Assembly: GCA_013265495.1 (NCBI GenBank)
Contig: MU058337.1
Span: 5,064,716-5,128,715, forward strand
Reading direction: 5' to 3'
Source of the DNA: Vicugna vicugna
Taxonomy: Eukaryota
Length of the DNA stretch: 64,000 nucleotides
Positions 23,924-37,605 of the stretch are shown here, piece after piece (positions within the stretch are counted from its first letter, which is position 1; each line of letters begins with the position of its first letter). The position numbers and the translations under genes are program-made. The notes under the pieces were generated by a model. The model saw only the letters and a list, made by a program, of their open reading frames with translations, searched no databases and was not told the DNA's origin.

Positions 23924-23929
23924 AATAAA
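23924..23929 (+). terminator. Candidate distal FGF14 poly(A) signal
   Basis: AATAAA preceded by three TGTA motifs (23824, 23862, 23916) in U-rich context. CA at 23942-23943, then gtgatggctttatt. Confidence 0.55.
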
Positions 23930-26900
23930 ACGCTATTTCTTCATCGTCTCCTGACGTGATGGCTTTATTCACAGCTCGCGGAGGCGGCACGTATCAGGCT
24001 TGTCTTGGGCGGAGTCACTCAGCTGGGTGTGGGCTGCCAAGCGTGTGTCCTGAGCTCAGGCTCACTGCCCGCACCTGCCCCATGATCGGAGGAGAAAACG
24101 ACTCCGATTTCCTTTGTGAACATCAGGGTGAGGGGTTTTCATTTATAAATGTGAGGAAAAGTGTATGGGATTCTGGCCAGTCCACGAGATCTATTGAGAA
24201 ATACACGTCCTGGTTTAAACAGCTCAGAACAGATTTCTCTTCTCTGCCACCACGCTGAAGACCCTTAGTCTGTTTCATGAGCTCTTTTCCTGTGGGTCTT
24301 GGGGTGGGGTGAGGTGGTGCCCTCCACAGGGATGAGAGTAACCCCTGCGTCCCCACTCTTCTCTGAAGGAGCACAGTTCCGTGAGCTCAGGGGTGGCCCC
24401 TTCTGCCTCTATAATCCAGCATGGAAGTTTCCAGAAGAAGAAGAAAGAAAGGAGCCCAGAGCCAGCTGCTGCCAGCACTAGGTATGGCCGGCGTCAACAC
24501 TAACACCAACCTCAAAACCTACAGCCTGGAGGCAGCTTCTACGTCTCCTTTTGGATTTAAAACTCTCTACTCCTTGAAGGATAAACAGATAGTTTAGACA
24601 GATATGCTTTCAACCCTCCATTGATACATGGATCTATTTCCACCACCTAAAGCCAACAATTTGAAAAGGCATTAACTGGAGACACTATCTTGTTTCATTT
24701 TGTTTCATTTTGAGGAGATGCCTTTGGGCCACTATCTAGTCAACCTACTCTTTTTTACATTTTCTACATTTATGACGCCAAAAAAAAAAAGATTACTTCT
24801 CCTCAGAATGGAATGCTTTTAATAAGAATGTTTATTTCTTGAAAAGGAATGACTCCTTTTGCATGAAATTCAATTTAGGCAACTGCTATTCACTGCTCCA
24901 GTGAGCGTGGCTCTGTGTTTTCTTCCTGTAGCTGCAACTGGACATGACTTAGTGAACGGCTGCTCATGGACATGACGATTTGACGGTGTGTCTAGTAAAC
25001 ACATACACACACTCAATTGCTGGTTTTATATACAAACAATAAATGAATATAAACAAGCACACTAATGCTTCAATATGAATGGGTGTCTTCATTCAGTAGA
25101 GTTTATATGAAAAGCTAATAACTTTATTTCAAACATTATGCCATTATGGAAAATTAACTAAAAGGACTTAAACTTTGTGATCCTATGTTTAGACCTAAAC
25201 TCAAAAAAAAAATCCAATTTAGTACTTTTTCATATACAGGGCACTCCATTCTGATCTGATAGCATTTTCTTCTTCTCTCCTGCTTCCTCCTTGCAGGTTA
25301 AATCCATCCCTACTTCCTTCCTTGTTTTCTTTATTAACCTCCTCCTCCCCAATTCCTTCCCTTTGTGTCTTCCTTTCAACTCTATTTCCTGCTTTTTGGT
25401 TCTCCCAACAGAGCTTGAACCCAAAGCAAAGTGTTTCCAGGAGCTGAGGAGCGAGCCAGTACAATATTTGTTTGGAGCTTGGAATTAGATTGAATTTAAT
25501 GGGAGAACAAACAGGGTACAAAGGGACAGCTTTAAACTCATTTGAGTGCCACCTGACTGTTGTAACCGCATTAGGTTGAGGGCACGGCCTCCTTGCCTGA
25601 GCGAGGGAAGCACAAGTCTCAAACACGGACTTCCTGGAAACCAAAGACTTGATTTTCTCCTGAAATGATCATGTTTGTATCAATTCTCAGCCGTCCTCCC
25701 GGCACCATATGTGGTCCCAGCATCCATCTGATTTTTATCTTTGCAATTATGTCAAGAAGCTTCCTCTAAGCTGATTGCATTGGCCATGAGTGAGAGCTGA
25801 AGCAACAGCCACCGTTCAGGGGCACATCTCCAAGGCGCATTCTGCTTCTGAGAACGCCTCCAACCCTATGTAGCATTCCCCTTCTTCCGAAAGACACCGA
25901 CGTGCTCATCCTGCCCCAGGTTGAGTGTTCAGGGTGACTGCAGCTTTAGCTACAGCTGCGCCTTGTCTGAGAGGGGGGTTGCCTGTTCTACAAGGAGGCT
26001 AGTAAGCTAAAGAGGAGGCTGGGAGGCCCCACGACCCTGAGTCCCACGCAGGGCAGCTCCCGAACACTTAGCCAGAATCCCATGCTTCCAGAGTCTTCCT
26101 TCGTGTTTTCCCAGCCGCTAACGACGAGGGACCTGAGAGCCCCGTGGAGGGGCCCAGGAGCACTGTGAGAGCAGGATTTTAAAGGCTCTTGGAGAATTTG
26201 TATGGAAGCTTCAACATCAAAATATCTAAAATTCAATCTGCTAATTAGCATTCTTTCTTTACTCAGAAAAAAAAGACCAGTTCTGCTTTTGAGGTGGTGG
26301 GGGAAACGCCCTGGGGAGGTGGTTACTTTTCCTCTTCAATTTGTTTTGTTGGTAAATGTTCCATTGGGTTCGTGGCTTCTCTTCAATCAACTTGCAGATT
26401 ATAACCACTTTGGGGGCTTAAACTTTCTTTTTTAATATGAGCTTACGTAGGTCTGGCTGGAAAACTGCTGATTTTCAGATCAAAGAAAATTATATTAGAA
26501 TTTTGGGACCCATGCACTTTTTCCTTCCTTTTTTATGAAATGAAAAGATTTAGCTTCATTTTATAGTCTTTCTCACACCCCAAACCCGCCCCTTCTCCGT
26601 ACACACATCCACATTACTTCAGCCTCTGAAATTTCTAGAGCCTCTTCGTCTGCAGTTGAGATGTTTGAGATTGCTCCTCGGCAGTTCTGGACAGTGCTCT
26701 TTCCCGGGTGAACCCTATAATTACCTTTTCGCCTTCTTTTGTACATTCAGTGCCCAGAACATCTTGTTGTCTTTCTTCTTTATACCATCATTAATTCTAT
26801 CTCATTCAGCGATGACTTGCAGATATTGCTTTTTCTGAGATCCTGACCAGCATGCGGTGACTTTCAAGCTTCAAGTCTGGTTGGAGCAGAGGACCGAGTG

Positions 26901-27004
26901 GTTTCCGTTCAGCAGCGTGCAGTCTGGAATCGATGGGTGTACGTGCTGCTGTGCAAACCACGTGTCAGGACAGGGATCCTGTCCAAGCTCCCGCAGATAC
27001 TCAC

Positions 27005-27151
27005 CCTTCCCGGAGCACAGCATTCCGTCTGCTGATTCACACAAGCTCCTGCTCTGTTCCTCCGTCATGTTACACTTCCGCGGATGCTGGCACAGCTTTC
27101 CGAACCATCCCCTCTCACAAACGCAGCGACCACAGGAACATGTGCCGTGGC
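27005..27151 (-). CDS. ITGBL1: ITGBL1 internal exon (exon 9), 147 bp
   Basis: Translates (G)[48 protein letters not shown](G). Acceptor cttcgcag, donor G|gtgagt. Confidence 0.97.
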
Positions 27152-27974
27152 CTGCGAAGCAATCACAGGGTGGGGGTGAGAGGAGGAGATGGGTAAATAT
27201 CCACCTGAATCACCGTTTTTAAGAAAGAAATATGTAAACCATAGAATCTCATCTCTGATCAAGCAAACACACTTTATTCCTTAGGCAGAATTTTGGCATG
27301 TGATGATTTAAAAGAACTTGACAACAGAGTCCTGGCTTAACCCAGTAGTCTTGAATGTCACATGAGAGATGGACTGCATAGAGAAAGAAGCCTGGAAACA
27401 ACTTAAAAGGGAATTCGACCATCCTTTGTTGACACACAACATTTGCATTTTTATCAGAATGAAGTCCTCATGCTTTAGGCACACCGTGACACCCAGACCA
27501 GTGTGCAAGGCAAGTCACGTGACTGCTTGCACCATTTATTGATTACTCTCCTGTTGTTTATGAATGAAAACAAAGGTTAACATCCATACAAATGGCATCC
27601 AGTATTATATTACTTTAACTCTGTGCTTCTCTGCTTACTAATAAGAACAGATGGAAGTGTAAGTGTAAGTCTAGCATCGTGTAGACGTTAAAAACAGCGT
27701 GAAACTTAGATTCATATCTCACTGGTTTTTCCTTTTGTTTCTGTCTTTGGCTCCTGGTCTGGGGATGTTTATCTTCTGGTGTATACACAGCATCAGATCT
27801 GTGACAGTTATACACTGGCACGTACATCTGTCTAGTAGCTGGCTGCCAACACCCCGGTAGCTTACATCATCTTCCATATTAATTTCATTTTTTTTCCAAT
27901 CAGTGGTCTGTTCCTTTTCCTACATGTGCATTACCTTACAGCGAGATCTCTCCAAATGGGACAAACAATATAGC

Positions 27975-28100
27975 TATTTGTTCAGCAAAATTTACTGATT
28001 ATCTATTAGGAACAGAGTATTTTGCTAGGCACCAGGAGATACAAAATCAAGCATGATGAGCATGGTGGTCCCAGCTCTAATCCCAGGGACATATAAAATC
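27975..28100 (-). mobile_element. L2 3' fragment
   Basis: tttgttcagcaaaatttactgattatcta...tgctaggcaccaggagatacaaa. Confidence 0.6.
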
Positions 28101-28424
28101 CTCATTCAGACTCATCAGCAGCTCTGTCTTGACACCATTGTTTCTTGACCATTTGCTGTGGTAGGACCTTTAAGAGTAAACCTCTTCCATCTGCCTCCTC
28201 CTACACTCAGTTCTGCACAAAGAGGGATTAGCACCAATATTTGCTTGCAGTGCATTGTGAAGATTAACATAACCCAACTACGCATGAGCCCACGTAATGT
28301 TTTGCCACAACACATGATCATCTGGAAGTTAATGGAAAGCAAGTGGGAGGAAAACTTTAAAGAGACCTGGATTAACAGATCTATTTTCACCAGCCTCTTC
28401 TTGTCCATATGCTGATTTATTGAA

Positions 28425-28560
28425 CTAAATCTCATCACAACACTTTAGGTCAAGCATCGTCATCGTTTTATAGACAAGAAACTAAGGCTCAGAGAGATTA
28501 AGTAATTTTGCCTCAAATCACATAACTCAGTCATACAGGATCAGAACTTGACTCCAGTTT
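28425..28560 (-). mobile_element. MIR fragment
   Basis: ttttatagacaagaaactaaggctcagagagattaagtaattttgcc. Confidence 0.75.
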
Positions 28561-29319
28561 TTTAAACAAAATCTCTTTCTTATTTTTTTTCCACAAATCC
28601 CCTTTGAGAACCACACTGAATTCAGGACATGTTTACAGGTTATCTGGTTAATAAACTGTCGTTCAAAGACAATGGACAGTTCTTAGATGTTGCTATTTTA
28701 TTTCTACTTCCTGTAGAGAGAAATGAGGTCAGCAAATCCGTGTAAGAGCTATATACTCAATGAATAAATATTAAACGGATCATATCTTGACTTCTCCAAT
28801 AAAACAAAAGTCCACTTAAAGTGAAGTCTACTTTAGAAGTTCAAAAACACTTATCAACCTATGGAGGCACATAATGTGTGGCACAAAAAAAGAAGAGGAA
28901 GCAAAAGAAAGAGAAAGGGAGCTTCAAGTACCAATCCCATCAAGCTATGGACTTTTCAAATGTTTGTTTCTTACTAACCCTGTGTCAGTAAGAATTACCC
29001 TAATTTGACATAATTGGAATAATTTAATCTCTATTGCAGAGAAAGACAGTCTGCCTATGATTTAGGACATCACTGAGAATGACTAAATGACTCCTCATCA
29101 CAAGTAAGTTAATATAAAATTTATACACAAGGAAATAGGAGATTGTTTCCCATTTATTAGCCCATTTATCACATCCTTCCACAAAGTTAAGTTGGCATTT
29201 AGCCCAGACGATGGTCAAAATGTGTTGGAATTCAAATGTTTTTCTTTGCCATTTACATGACTTCTCTTTACTTAAAAAATTTTAAAGTTTTCAAAAATAT
29301 CCTCTTTCTAAATTCTAAT

Positions 29320-30480
29320 AATTTAGTCATCCATGTAAGAACTACTTACTGGGCACTTGGCATTGTACTAGCTCTATTCTCAAGGGTTTAAGGGGTGGCG
29401 GGGGTGTGAAAACAAGTAATGGCAAGCAAATACATTTGTGCTGTGGAAGAACTAAAGAGGGTGTTGATATATTCAACAAAGAGAACACTATTAACTGGAA
29501 TCATCAGAGAAGGGCTCTCTGACTCCCAATGGCTGAGAAAGAGCCAGATACCCAATGTTCTGGAAAAGCTAAGGAAAGGTCTTGGAATAAGAAAGAACTT
29601 GGTGTGTTACAGGCAGTGGAAAAAAGGCCGATGTATTTGAAGAATAATCAGCCAAAAAAAAAAAGGGGGGGGGGATAAATAATAAACTTGGAGAAATATT
29701 CAAGAATGAGAACATAGCAAATTGTTTATTCTTGGTAAGGCATTTACATTTTATTGTAAGAGGAATGGCAAATCACAAAAGGGTGTTAGGAAGAGAGTGA
29801 TGTGCAATAATTTACAGTTTGCGAATTCATTTTGGTAACTGGGTGGGAGAGATTAAGGTGTGTCAGGAGGAAGCAAGTATGAGGAAAAGTGACACAGTGT
29901 TACAGAAATCCAAGGGAAAGGTGATGGAGGCTTAAAGTAGGGTGGTGACAGTGTAAATGGAAAGAAGTGTTTGGAGATCTACTTTGGTGGTGATTGCCCT
30001 GGGACTTGCTGTTGGATTGTATGTGGCACACGAGAGAAAGGACTAGTTTTCTGGCTCAAGAAATACTGTGAATAATGATGCTATTTATTAGACATGGAAG
30101 CTGCAGGAGGGAGAGGTTGAGAGCAGAAAGTCAGTTCTGTTTTGAACCTCGTGTGTCTGAGATACTCTTAAGACAACCAAGCAGCGGTCAAGTATGCAAT
30201 TGCCACAAACCTGCTGTTCAGAGGACAGATTGGGGCTAAACTTATACATGCTGGAGCTTCCAAAAGGAGATGGCATTTAAAGCTTTGGAAGTGACTGAGC
30301 TCGCCTAGGGAGAAATATGCTTGGGAAACTCCAATAGGGCTAGGGGAGAGGGGATAAGTAGACAGTAGGAACATCCAGCAAAGAAAGAAAACAGTAAGAT
30401 GACTGTGTTGTAAGATGACAAGGAAAATGTTCCAGAAAGGAGGCCCACAATGTGGAATGTTCCTGAAAGTTGGAGTTAGA
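29320..30480 (-). mobile_element. L2 LINE fragment (~1.1 kb, degenerate)
   Basis: Purine-rich antisense L2 signatures such as ggtgatggaggcttaaagtagggtggtgacagtg and tcagttctgttttgaac...gagata. Confidence 0.65.
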
Positions 30481-30540
30481 AAAAGACCATACAGACCGTA
30501 AGAGCAGATTCAGTCAACTTTTGCTAGACCAACTTTATTT

Positions 30541-30903
30541 TGTTGCCTCTTAGGCCCATGTGTGGGACACCCAGGGGTGGGAGAACTGTGGGAGAATCAT
30601 CTATGTACACCCTCAGTGAGAACAACGTCTCTGCTTGTTGGCTAACTGATGAGCCAACCTGATATCAACTCCCCCTACAAATTGCAGTCTCCTTCTCCCA
30701 TGAGCATCGAAGACTGATGCCATGAACTGCCTGTCATCTGCCCTACCCAGTGGGGCTGTCTCTCCAGGACCTTTTGCTGTGAACTTGTAAGATCATCCAT
30801 CCAATAAACCACTGATGTCTCTGTCACTGTCTCTGGACTCTTTCTTCTGGTCTCCAGGCTGGGCAACCACAAGGCTTGCAGGCCCGCAGGGTGTATCCCA
30901 ACA
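30541..30903 (+). mobile_element. Solo LTR or LTR 3' part, probably ERVL (MER54/MER74-like)
   Basis: Begins TGTTG and ends CCCAACA, with an internal AATAAA near 30803 followed by a U5-like segment. No clear target-site duplication, so the 5' boundary is uncertain. Confidence 0.55.
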
Positions 30904-32384
30904 CTGGTACGTTTACAAACTCAGGAAAGAAGTTTGTGATTTTAAGATGTAGTTTGGAGACAATCATACAGCCACCCCTACTGTCCAGCTAAGAAGGCCT
31001 GGCCTGAGTCAGTGGTCTGTGCCTTCCTCCCTGTGGGAAATCCAGCAGTTTCCAGGGGTCACCACACTCAAACATACTCTCAGGTGCCTGATCTCCTTCA
31101 GATTATGGCTTAAGTCCAAAGAACTCCCCGAAGAAATGAGAACTGATTGTCTAATTAAGCAATGGCTCTTCATTATCCCTTCTTGTTTCCTAAATTGGAC
31201 TCATGGGTGGCTATTCCAGGAGTACAGAGGAAAGAAGAAAAGCAATAAGCAGTCCACTTTTTATTCTCATCCAGGGTGGACGGAATACGGGAGGCAGGTC
31301 CCTGGGTAAGAATATTTGTTTAAAACAATCAAACACACATGAGCCAATATGTACCTCTATTTTCTTTATGAAATCTTAAAATCAAGTACCACTGAAAAAT
31401 GACTACATCTTAGGGATTATCACTCTGGACAAAGCATGTTTTTTTTTTCTTCAGTAGTGACTTATCTGATAAAAAAAAATCCATGCATTTATAGGTCACA
31501 TAAAATTTCTATTGTTCATAGAGATGTTCTGAGAAGGTCCACACGTGGTCTGCGATCATCAAACACGACAGACCAAAAAGGTAACGAAGTGAGGAACAGT
31601 CTTACTTCCTACTGACTTTCTCTCTGCCGGTCATGCCCATGACTCACTTTCAGGTTGTAATTTCGGTGTAATCAAAAGTCAACTGCTTAAAATCATGTAA
31701 TTGCTTACGTTCACCTTCCAGCACAGTTGCTAATTTGTGCCAGCCGACCAGAACCGGTGTGATCCTCTTCAGTGTTACTGTCAGGAGGGTGCATAAACAT
31801 CATTGGCTTTTAGTTCTCACCTGCCCACTGATTAGGTAAGTTTACAGATATTTTTGGTTTTATTTATTCCTCATTTGTTAAAATGCTCCAAGAGTCCCTG
31901 CCTTGGAGTCAGGGACCCGCATTTTGATCTCTGGCCACACAGTATATCTACCTGGGATTTCTGTCCATCCCTTCAAGTGAAAGAACACAGACACTGGGGC
32001 TCAGCGTCTAGCCATGAACTGAGAAAATTACCTAAAGGGGTAATGTCACTTTTGTTCTCCTCGGAAGCTACACCAGAGGGATGATGTTAGTGAAGGTCAC
32101 ACGCTCCTAGTAGTAAGGTTTGTGCACCGCCAGCTGCCACATGCTGGGGCGACTAAGGGCTTTGAACAAAGTAGCTGCCACTCCGTCCTCGAGGCACAGA
32201 ACTGCTGATTTGTACGATGCCAACTTCCTTTCCAAACATTCTGTAGATGGTGCTTCAGGAAATCTAACACAGATGGAGTGTTTTTTGTCTCGCTTAGGAG
32301 GTGAACACTGTCTTCTACACACATCCGGCACTCACTGAATGCCCACTGGGGACTTTTCATTCTTTCTGTCTTGTTCTCACCATA

Positions 32385-32545
32385 AAGCCAATAGGTGGGC
32401 ATTATTACCCTTACGGTACACATGAGTAAGCCAAGGCAAAGAGAGCAAATAATCTGCCCAATTACTACAACTAGGAGGAAACAGAGCCAGAATCCAAGTC
32501 CTGACCTGTCTGAATATGAGGTTCATGCCCATCCTGCTGTGGGCA
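32385..32545 (-). mobile_element. MIR fragment
   Basis: attattaccc...catgagtaagccaaggcaaagagag...ctgccca...cagagccagaatccaa. Confidence 0.6.
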
Positions 32546-34329
32546 CTGTTCCCTCAGCTTAAAAAAAAATGTTACTTCTATTCACTCATCTTGCTGGAAA
32601 AATAAGGGGAGTGCATGTGTGCACACACACACACACACACACAAGCAACCAAACATATCACAGAATGTAGGCAAAACATCAAAATACCCAAAGAAGATTA
32701 AAAAAAATCTAGATGCAAAAAAAAAGTCTTACCCATCAAAAAAAAAAAATACCCTGGGGAGAAATACAACAGAATTTTACCAGATGTTCAAATTTTATTC
32801 TTCATATTTTTAAGTTTTTTTAAATGTTGAAAATTATTAATGTAAAATATTTTCCTGATATTTGAGATTTAAAAGTAAAATAAATGGAAGTTAAATAATG
32901 TAGATTATATGATAAATGAATAAATAGTTTGAAAAAAATCCTTCCCAAGGATGGAGCCAAGAGCAGGTGACAAAAAGCTCTGATGTAAGAAAGTGAAATA
33001 AATCTATTCCTTCGAAATAGCAAATATTTTCACTCTGCCTTTGCTTAGCCTTCCCAGGCCTAAAATGTTCTTCATATCCAATTTCCACACATCTAAACAC
33101 TAGCTGTTGAAGTTCCAAGTCAAATGTCAACTTCAGCTTGAAGAATTCTCTGATCTAAAACTCTCTTTCTCGCTCTCTCTCCCCCCTTATTTGTGACTCC
33201 TTAATTTATAATTTATTCAAAAACCAGTTTTTAAGCATCAGCCTTTGTCCTAAGCTTGAGGAGACAATAAATAATTTGGGGGAGAGAGAGAGAGTTTGAT
33301 TAGATCCATGAGCACTGAACAGAATGGGGGAAAAGAGACACCAGGACACTACAATGTCATGACGTCGTAATGGAGGAAGGTACTGCGGTATGGAGGAAGT
33401 ATAAAATAATTTCAGAAAGGCTTCCTAAAAGAGGTGGTTTGAAAGCATGGTGAAAGAATGGGAAAAAAATGATGAGTTATTCAGAAAAAGGAAAAGAAGG
33501 TCAGGTAAAAACAAAACAAAACAAAATCATAATACAGCCAAATTTCTCCATCTTTATTGTCCTCTGTGAAGATGGCATTCAAGACAATTGGTACTACAAA
33601 AACATAGGCTCCCCCACCCATCCGATTGCTCAAACCAGGAACCTGGGATCCACCCTTCATTCTCCCCTGCCCCTTGCTCATGTCATTCAATCATGAGCGT
33701 CTATAAATGCCGTTCTTACTCTCAAGGCGGGGTGGAGCAGGGCACTCTTCTTAGTTCAGCTGAACATTTAGAGTGACACTTGACACTGGTCTCCTTAGAA
33801 GGATACAGGATAGGCTAGGAACCACATCCTGGAAGCACGACAATATCAGACTTTCCTGTCCACGGGTGTTCTTGAGGATGATGGCTTAACACAGTGGTCT
33901 GGGGAAAACCTTCTCTTCAGATAACACAGCTCAGATGCACAGAGACGACTTCTGTGTGCACAGATGTTGAGGCTTCCCTGGCTTGCAAGAATGCCCCATA
34001 GGAGCCAAAATCTCTTCTAATGATTCCTTAAGCAAAGCTTCCAGAAAACCAGCAAGGGACCTGCCTGCTGGCATGAGAGTCACAGCACTCATGGAAGCTG
34101 AAAAGCACGGCATTCCCATAAGACACTCATAGTTCATTCTTAATCCCTCCAAATCCAGCTGAAATTCATCAGTCATGGGTCACTATTACCATGGGCAACA
34201 TTGCCTGGTAATGTTGGCATCTACCATCTTCATCTGTTTTCAGGGAGTTTAACAGCAAAGTGAAAGGTTTTGTTAGCCTGTTGTCTCTCTTGTTTCTAAT
34301 ACACCCAATGTGCCCAAGTTTTTCTCCAG

Positions 34330-35090
34330 TACACCCAAGTTCTTCCATTCTTACTGCCCTCCATCTAGCTAACCGCCTTCATTGCTCACCAAGACTCATC
34401 TCCTAACACCTGTACAGACTCACTAACCCCGCAAACACACACTCCTGCCAGCAATCCATACTTCACCAGGCAGCCAGAGGTACTTTTTAAACAGAGAGAT
34501 CATACTGTTGTCTCATTTAAATACTTTCTATGGCTTCCTGCCATCCTTTAAGTGAAGAACCAAATCATTAACGTGGTTTACAAAATCTGTCCTACCCTTC
34601 TCCTCTTTGTTTGCTCATCTCCAATCATACAGGGTTTCTCTCCAGTTCTCAAAAATCCCCAGAACATGTCACCCTCTCTCTTCCCCATGTGCCTCCCTCG
34701 GCACACTGCTCTCGGTGACCCCTGTGTCACACTCACTTCCCCTCACCTGGTTAAACTCCATGCACCGGATTACCACCCAGTATGGCAGTCAGGATGCTCG
34801 GCTGATTAATACACGCCAAAGCCCTTTATGCACCATATAGTTATTACCAGGCATGGCGACATGAGTGAAGACTTCCGCAGCCGCCAGTCTCTGTCAAGTT
34901 CCCCTGTTGTGTTGGTTCCCACTGAACTTAGTGCTTCTCCTTTCAGACCATTCACCTCATTGTCCCTCCTTTGTCAAGGTCTGCCCTTCAAGCTTCATCA
35001 TAAACTCCCAGAGACTCTCCACTGAGTCTCCAGTGCTGGCAAACAGAGGGGGCTCAAAAAATAGATACTGAATTAAAGAAGGAAGAAATG
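34330..35090 (+). mobile_element. L2 LINE 3' fragment
   Basis: cttcaccaggcagccagagg...tggcttcc..., ending cagtgctggcaaacagagggggctcaaaaaatagatactgaattaaa. Confidence 0.65.
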
Positions 35091-36394
35091 ATTATTTCCA
35101 TTTCAACCATGCAGAATTTGGAGGAATTTCCATATGGAAGTATTCAATTGGAGTTTGAAAAGAAGCGTAGGAAGCCAGGGAGAATGATGCTAAGAAATCA
35201 TCTTGACAGACACTGATCAAAAGATAAAAGAGGAAGAAGCTGAGACTACAGGAGGACCACAAACAGGAAGCAGAAAAGATGTCCAAAGGCCATTTCTAGA
35301 AAAATGCTAAGGTTTATTGGTGAGCTCTGAGAGACGGGCAAGCAAAAAACGAAGTGGTTATGAGATGTGAGAGGAGAAACAGGGAAGGTGTTTCTGAGGC
35401 CCAGGGAGGAGACCGTGTCAATGGGGTTTCAGAGTGGAGTGACCACAACCTGGGGCTAAAAAGTGGTCACAGAGAATGAGAACTGAATGCCACCCCACAT
35501 TTGGGCAACTAGGAGTTATAAATAACCCTAGGAGTCAGTGATGTGGAAGAGTGGGAGACAGCCAGTTTCCACGGGTTTAAGACGAGACCAAGAGGAGTAT
35601 GAGCACACAGGGCAGAGGTAAAGGCTTTGAGGGACCCAGAGTGTTCAAGGGCAGGTGTGTGTCTGAGGGGTGGGGCAGGCCGTGCCACAGACTAAGTACG
35701 CCATATGCATTTGCTGATTAATTATTACTATGTGTTATATACACGATAGGATATTACTAAGTAAGATGTTCTTCTGCAGATGGATATTTGTAGATGGACT
35801 GAGAAATACAGAAACTTTGCCCATGCACATTGTGGTTTGAACCCTGATGGCCAGTGTCTTGTTACGTGTGCTCCTCCGTGCTTGCAAATCCATGAGAAGC
35901 TTCCCCAAGGAAGGTGCGCTGCTAAGTAAGAGCCACTAAAAATACTTTTGAGATGCACGTGGCCACTTTGATTTGGTAGCTCAGCATCAAGTGTGAGTGA
36001 AAGACTGCTTTAAGAACAAAAGACAGGAGAAATCATCAATGCCACCCCAGACTGAAGACCGGACGTCACTGTTCTGAATAAACTGCTATTACAGAAGAAT
36101 TAATTAGCAAACATGAAGCTCCCTTCCATGTCCCATAGCATTTACTGCAAACCACAACACAGAATTCCACCGAAGCTGGCTATATCTGACATACTCTCTG
36201 TATGCATATGAACACTAATGATAATAATATCTAATTAAATGTAATTAAATAGAAATATAAATTATATATAATTAATTTAATAAAAATTACTAAATTTTAT
36301 AAAAATGTAAATAAAATTAAATAAAAATAATAAAATAAAAGATACATGTAATTAGGTATTATTATCATTAATCAGTGTTATACGCAGATAGAGA

Positions 36395-36612
36395 GGGTGA
36401 TGCAAGTGATGGGAACGAGCCTGAGCACTTTACATGCACTAACTCATTTCATCTCACCATAGCCCTACAAGAAAGGCATATCATAACCATCTTTTAATGG
36501 TGAGTAATGGGGGTTATGTACATGACCTCTGGTAACACTGGGAGTAAGTGGTACGGCCAAGGGTGGAACCAAGAAAGCCTCATGTCTCAGTCTTGACTAC
36601 TGTACTGTGCTG
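36395..36612 (-). mobile_element. MIR SINE
   Basis: tgagcactttacatgcactaactcatttcatctcaccatagccctac...agtaagtggtacggcc. Confidence 0.7.
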
Positions 36613-36966
36613 CCACTGACATGTCTAAATACTAAAGACATCTACATGAACATTCATGAGAGGAACTTGTGATCTCCTGATCAACTGGTTTAGTGTGCTG
36701 AAGACGTTAGTGCTAAAATTTTCACAGGTTCAAGCATGTTAATTCTCAGTACGTGTACTGTCATTTCTTTCCAGAGAACATTTAAGACACAAATTAAATC
36801 CAAGACTACAAGCCAGGGTGCAAATAATTTCTGCCATAAAGCCGTGCTCAGAAAACAGAGGAACTAAAATCACAGCCCCTTGATTAACTGTCTTAAAGAA
36901 ATCGTCATTTGAGGCCAAGAGCAAAACTCACATGGGAGGTGATGTTTCCAGTGAAAACATGAATCA

Positions 36967-37605
36967 CAGTTGATCCCTCTTATTTGAAGATTCCATATTT
37001 GAGAACTTGCCCACTCGCTAAAATGTATTTGTGTCCCCAGAAATCAACCTTCACGAAGCTTTCCAGGTCACTGGGGAACACAGGCCGAATGGTGAAAAAA
37101 CAGAGTTGCTTCACTTGCCCAGCTGGGGTCAAAGAAGGTCATGCTCTGTCGTCTTGTTTCCGCTTTTATGCTGTAAACAAACGTCCTTTCCCCAGTTTAC
37201 TTTGTGCCATACTTTCCACATTTTCGTGCTTTTCATTGGTGATTCTGATGTTTTATGCAGCCCCTAAGTATGGGCTGAAGTGCTCTCCAGGGTTCCTAAG
37301 TGCGGAAGGCTGCCACAAGCCTTATGGAGAAAATCTGTGCACTACACAATCTTTGTTGCGGCACGAGTTATGGGGCTGTCGGCCGTGAGTTCAATGTTAA
37401 TGAATCAACTATACACATCACAAGGTGCCTTTGCATAGAAACACACATAGAACAAGGTTATGTATTGATTAGTTAATGAGAACACTGCCACCAGGGGCAG
37501 GACCCAGACCCATCTTCCCTCAGGAGCAGTGAGTCCGTATTTTCTGACTGCGTGTTCACCAGGACTTTACAGACCATGACCGCCTCTATCACCAAGAGTA
37601 GACAG
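36967..37605. mobile_element. MER82-like TcMar-Tigger non-autonomous DNA transposon, near full length
   Basis: Starts cagttgatccctcttattt. Internal ggccgtgagttcaatgttaatgaatcaac and gaaacacacatagaacaaggttatgtattgatt match my recollection of MER82. Confidence 0.8.

Noticed and set aside
36225..36370. Extremely AT-rich tract as S/MAR or unwinding element (similar at 2160-2400)
   Set aside because: Ordinary low-complexity intron sequence; function cannot be supported.
36984..37388. 134-aa ORF
   Set aside because: Lies within a decayed MER82-like element, with no intact transposase.
37485..37503. CTCF-like ccaccaggggcag
   Set aside because: One G short of the core spacing and inside a decayed transposon.
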